Source: Myxococcales bacterium
Lineage (GTDB): Bacteria; Myxococcota_A; UBA9042
NCBI GenBank assembly: GCA_037441385.1
Contig: JBBISH010000019.1
Coordinates: forward strand, 1-64,000
Direction of reading: 5' to 3'
Length of the DNA stretch: 64,000 nucleotides
The translations under genes and the position numbers were made by a program. Shown here one piece after another: positions 57,436 through 64,000 of this stretch. The notes under the pieces were generated by a model. That model saw nothing but the letters and a program-made list of their open reading frames with translations, ran no database searches and was not told the origin of the DNA. Every line of letters starts with the position of its first letter. The stretch's first letter is position 1.

Positions 57436-58176
57436 ATGGTGCCCATGCATGCGTCCAGCGGCCCCGAGCGGGCTTGCTGCATGTGTCGACGGCGGCGGCC
57501 CGTCAGCGAGCTGCTGAGGTTCGCCTGGAAAGACAACAGCTTGCGTCTTGTGCGCCTGGCCGGTGTCGCCTTGGACGAGCCGCTGCCGACGACCATGGCG
57601 GACCCATCCGGTCTGGTCCCGCTGCGCGCGGGAACCCCGGTCGAGCCTGCGTCAGCGACTGCGTTGGCCGGCTCGGGTGAGCTTGCCAGGGCGCCTCGAA
57701 ACGACGATGATACAGCGCCCTCGGGGAAGGGGGACCCGCCCGCGGCGATCGGCCCAGGTGCAAAATCCCCCCCAGCGTTGGGCCACGGGTCGGCGAGGCA
57801 CGCAAGCTCAACCGCCCAGGCCAGCTCAGGGATGCGCGCCATGTCGGTTTGTCCGGCGGCCCATTGCCTGAGCAACTGGCTGCGCAAGATGGCGGGACGC
57901 ATGGGTCCGCAGTCGAGCGGGTCGGGCCAGCAAATCCCCAGCAACGGGGTGCTGTTGGCGTGGCTGCAGCAGGTTCTTGCTCAGCGGCGGCAACGTCGCG
58001 TAGCCGGACTGGCTCGCCGCAAGTTCGAAGCAGCGCAGGACCCGGTCCTGCTCCGCTGGCAAATGCTCTGCGAAGAGCTGCAGCGGGGGGAGCCGGCCAA
58101 AGCGCAAAAGCGCTCGCGCAATGCGAGCATCCCTGCCAATCCCGCTGCGGTCCGTCCGCAGCCGGTGCGGCCGTGA
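57436..58176 (+). CDS. ylxR: YlxR/DUF448-like protein with long low-complexity insert
   Basis: PERACCMCR...ELLRF and later GMRAMSVCPAAHCL; sits between nusA and infB. Confidence 0.6.
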   Translation: MVPMHASSGPERACCMCRRRRPVSELLRFAWKDNSLRLVRLAGVALDEPLPTTMADPSGLVPLRAGTPVEPASATALAGSGELARAPRNDDDTAPSGKGDPPAAIGPGAKSPPALGHGSARHASSTAQASSGMRAMSVCPAAHCLSNWLRKMAGRMGPQSSGSGQQIPSNGVLLAWLQQVLAQRRQRRVAGLARRKFEAAQDPVLLRWQMLCEELQRGEPAKAQKRSRNASIPANPAAVRPQPVRP

Positions 58177-58223
58177 GTACTGGTGGCACCGCACGACAGC
58201 GACGGCGGTGAGGAGCAAACACC

Positions 58224-61133
<2,910 letters not shown>

Positions 61134-61148
61134 CTCACCGAGGCCACT

Positions 61149-61556
61149 ATGCGGCGGCAACCGTCGTTTACGCGGGCCGACCGGCTCGAACATCTGCTCG
61201 TCGACGAGGTCGAGCGGCTGCTGTCCTACGAGGTCCGCAGCCCACTGGCGCAGCTCGTCAAAGTGACGGGTGGGCGCTTGTCGCCGGATCTGGGGCACCT
61301 GCGCATCAACTTCATCACCACCGACGAGAGCGAACCCAGCGCCAACCTGTTGGAAGTGCTGGAGCGCAGCGCCGCCTTCGTGGGGCGTACCCTGCAAGAG
61401 AGCTTCCAACTGCGCGGCCGGCCGACCATCGCCTACCACTACGACCGCGACGCGGTGCGCGCGCGGCGGGTCGAGCAATTGCTGCAAGAAGACAAGCGCT
61501 TGCATCCGCAGCCGCCCAGCCCGGATCAGCCTGGCGAGTCCAAGGCGCCGGCGTAG
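61149..61556 (+). CDS. rbfA: Ribosome-binding factor A
   Basis: RADRL, LSPDL, LRGRPTIAYHYD; lies after infB. Confidence 0.85.
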   Translation: MRRQPSFTRADRLEHLLVDEVERLLSYEVRSPLAQLVKVTGGRLSPDLGHLRINFITTDESEPSANLLEVLERSAAFVGRTLQESFQLRGRPTIAYHYDRDAVRARRVEQLLQEDKRLHPQPPSPDQPGESKAPA

Positions 61557-62501
61557 ATGGCCAAGAAGCCCGCGCAAATTCATGGCGTTCTAGCTGTTGA
61601 CAAGCCCGCCGGCTGGACGAGTCGCGACGTGGTCAACAAGCTGGGGCGCTGGTTGGGCGAGCGCGAGGTGGGCCATGCCGGCACGCTGGACCCGGACGCC
61701 ACCGGCGTGCTGCTGTTGACGATCGGCGAGGCGGGCAAGCTGGTCCGTTGGCTGCAGGACGCCAACAAGACCTATGTCACTGAAATTACGCTTGGTCAGT
61801 CGACGCAGACCGACGACGCCGCCGGCCCGGTGCTGGCCGAGGCGCCGGTTCCGAGCGCAGTGGACGCCGCACAGGTTCAGGCGATCTTGGACAGCTGGCG
61901 CGGCGAGCTACTGCAGGTGCCGCCGCAGGTCAGCGCGCTGCAGCAAGACGGCCAGCGCGATCACGACCGGGTGCGGCGCGGCGAGGTCGTCGAGCGCCCG
62001 GCGCGGCCGGTGTGGCTGGAGCAGGCGCGGGTCGTGGATGTGCGCCTGCCCGAACTGACTCTGGAGGTGACCAGCGGTGCAGGGTTCTATGTGCGGTCGC
62101 TGGCGCGGGACCTGGCGGTGGCGCTGGGGACGCTGGGGCACGTCAAGACGCTGCGGCGCACCCATGCGGGCGGGCGGGCGATCGGCGAGTGCCACGCCTT
62201 GACTGACCTGCTCGCGGCGTCGGAATCCGGTTCATTTGTCGAGCCTTTGCTGCGGGCGGCCGCGCGCGTGCTGCCGACCGTGGCCGTCGACTACGCCACG
62301 GCGCTTCAGCTCAAGCAGGGTAAGCAGCCTGTACTAGAACAGGAATTGCCTGCGGGCGACTGTCTGGTCGTGCTGGCCGACCTCCCCGTGGCCGTCTGTC
62401 GAGCCGAGGCGGCGGAGCAGGGCAGTAAACTACAAGTAGTTCGCGGATTTGCCTGGCCGCTTCCCCAGCCGGTGGCCGGCGACGCGACGCCGGGCGATTG
62501 A
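61557..62501 (+). CDS. truB: tRNA pseudouridine(55) synthase
   Basis: [40 protein letters not shown]. Confidence 0.95.
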   Translation: MAKKPAQIHGVLAVDKPAGWTSRDVVNKLGRWLGEREVGHAGTLDPDATGVLLLTIGEAGKLVRWLQDANKTYVTEITLGQSTQTDDAAGPVLAEAPVPSAVDAAQVQAILDSWRGELLQVPPQVSALQQDGQRDHDRVRRGEVVERPARPVWLEQARVVDVRLPELTLEVTSGAGFYVRSLARDLAVALGTLGHVKTLRRTHAGGRAIGECHALTDLLAASESGSFVEPLLRAAARVLPTVAVDYATALQLKQGKQPVLEQELPAGDCLVVLADLPVAVCRAEAAEQGSKLQVVRGFAWPLPQPVAGDATPGD

Positions 62502-62526
62502 CAGAGACCCAGCCAAGGCGTATCCT
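62498..62526 (+). promoter_or_regulatory. Sigma70 promoter of rpsO
   Basis: TTGACA-N17-TATCCT overlapping the truB stop. Confidence 0.8.
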
Positions 62527-62643
62527 TGCGCGCCTTTCCGGTACGGCGCTTTCCGCCTCCGGGGCCGGCCGACTGCACCGCGGGGTGGTTGCCGGCAGCT
62601 GTTCACCAGAAATCGTACCCGCTGGAAGATAGGAAAGAACCCA

Positions 62644-62913
62644 ATGGCCCTGCTCGCATTTCAGAAAGCTCAGATCGTCGCCGACAACGGCAAGCACGCC
62701 AAGGACACCGGCTCGCCGGAAGTTCAGATCGGCCTGCTGACCGAGCGCATCAACTACCTGACCACCCACTTCAAGACCCACGCCAAGGACCACCACGGCC
62801 GTCGCGGTCTGCTGCGCTTGGTCAGCCGTCGCCGTGGTCTGCTGGACTACGTCCACCGCATCGACCCCGACCGCTACAAGGCGATCCTCGTCAAGTTCGA
62901 TCTGCGCAAGTAG
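62644..62913 (+). CDS. rpsO: 30S ribosomal protein S15
   Basis: 89 aa, [27 protein letters not shown]. Confidence 0.97.
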   Translation: MALLAFQKAQIVADNGKHAKDTGSPEVQIGLLTERINYLTTHFKTHAKDHHGRRGLLRLVSRRRGLLDYVHRIDPDRYKAILVKFDLRK

Positions 62914-62934
62914 TTGACGTATTTGAATATCATC

Positions 62935-63004
62935 AACGCTCCCATGACCCGGTGCTTGCCCGTCTCTTTCCAGACGACGGCGAGGCCGGGTCATCGGCGT
63001 TTTT
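62935..63004 (+). terminator. Long hairpin with U tract after rpsO (terminator or processing site)
   Basis: ATGACCCGG 62944-62952 / CCGGGTCAT 62986-62994, outer AACGC/GCGTT, then TTT. Confidence 0.6.
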
Positions 63005-63169
63005 GCGGCCCGCTGGCGAGCATCGCTTTGGGGGCAACCGAACGCGCAGTCGCTGGGCGCACGCCAGTCCCCGAACTGCAAACCCCTTTCGTGTAGGCAA
63101 GAAGGCAACAACCCCAGACGGCGGCACCTGCCGGCCGGACGCACAGCAAGCGTCAAAGTGAGTATTTCA

Positions 63170-64000
63170 ATGGCACATACCGTGACCACCATCGACATCG
63201 GTGGCAAGCAGATGATCCTCGACACCGGCAAGATGGCCAAGCAGGCCAACGGCTCGGTGATGATTCAGATGGGCGAGACCCAGGTGTTCTGCACCGCCGT
63301 CTCGACGCTGACGCCCAAGATCGGCGCCCAGTTCTTCCCGCTCAGCTGCGACTACTTCGAGAAGTACTACGCCGCTGGCCGCATCCCCGGCAGCTACTTC
63401 CGCCGCGAGGCCAAGCAGGCCGACCACGAAGTGCTGGCGTCGCGCATCATCGACCGCCCGTGCCGGCCGCTGTTCCCCGAGGGGTTCCAGGCCGAGACCC
63501 AGGTGCAGGCGATGGTCGTCAGCTACGACAAGCAGAATGACCCCGTGGTCTTGGCCGTCAACGGCTGCTCGGCCGCTCTGGCGATCAGCGACATCCCGTG
63601 GGCCGGCCCGGTGGCCGCGGCTCGCGTGGGTCTGGTCGACGGCGAGCTGGTCTGCAACCCGACCCGCGCGCAGCGCGAAGGTTCGGCGCTCGATCTGTTC
63701 CTGGTGGTGGGTCCCAACGGTATCGTGATGGTCGAAGGCGGCGCGAGCTTTGTGACCGAGCAGCAGATGATCGACGCGCTCCTGTTCGGCGAGGCGGCCC
63801 TGAAGCCGGTCGTCAAGGCGATCCAGGACCTGGCGGCCGCGGTTGGCAAGCCGAAGTTCGAATTCGTCAGCCCCACGGTCGATCCCGAGTTGGCGGCGGC
63901 TTGCCGCGAAGTCGCCTTCGAGCAGCTGAAAGAGACCCTGTCGATCCGTGACAAGCAGGCCCGTTATGCGGCGGCCAGTGCGGTCAAGAAGGCGGCGGTG
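63170..64000 (+). CDS. pnp: Polyribonucleotide nucleotidyltransferase; runs off the right edge
   Basis: Translated by hand: MAHTVTTIDIGGKQMILDTGKMAKQANGSV...FFPLSCDYFEKYYAAGRIPG...SRIIDRPCRPLFP. Confidence 0.97.
   Translation, partial: MAHTVTTIDIGGKQMILDTGKMAKQANGSVMIQMGETQVFCTAVSTLTPKIGAQFFPLSCDYFEKYYAAGRIPGSYFRREAKQADHEVLASRIIDRPCRPLFPEGFQAETQVQAMVVSYDKQNDPVVLAVNGCSAALAISDIPWAGPVAAARVGLVDGELVCNPTRAQREGSALDLFLVVGPNGIVMVEGGASFVTEQQMIDALLFGEAALKPVVKAIQDLAAAVGKPKFEFVSPTVDPELAAACREVAFEQLKETLSIRDKQARYAAASAVKKAAV

Overview
High-GC chromosomal segment that looks like Myxococcota/Deltaproteobacteria (Cys-rich lipoproteins, MYXO-CTERM-like tail, FHA-GAF-sigma54 activator, AgmX/PglI-like domain). About 45 CDS: priA, sua5, an OmpR/CpxR-like two-component pair, an NYN protein, a pentapeptide-TPR-phosphotransferase fusion, a TSP3 surface protein, two DUF4185-like proteins, an ABC exporter, a putative outer-membrane barrel, a GH99-like hydrolase, two S8 proteases, a double-length ThyX, rsuA, tkt, PLD, a CoA transferase, rlmN, ppk2, a tandem pair of unknown paralogues, trxA, nagZ, an S41 protease, then tRNA-Cys and the rimP-nusA-ylxR-infB-rbfA-truB-rpsO-pnp cluster. 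I saw no transposase, integrase, CRISPR array or rRNA. The unexplained signal is mostly intergenic. (1) Three families of 100-180 bp hairpin elements with 13-18 bp arms and 30-35 nt loops; two families are bounded by CTAG and most copies sit on gene stop codons. (2) A structured candidate RNA with two mutually exclusive folds, next to a CpxR-type box upstream of the two-component genes. (3) A candidate S15 leader. All product calls come from motif recognition by eye; no database search was run.
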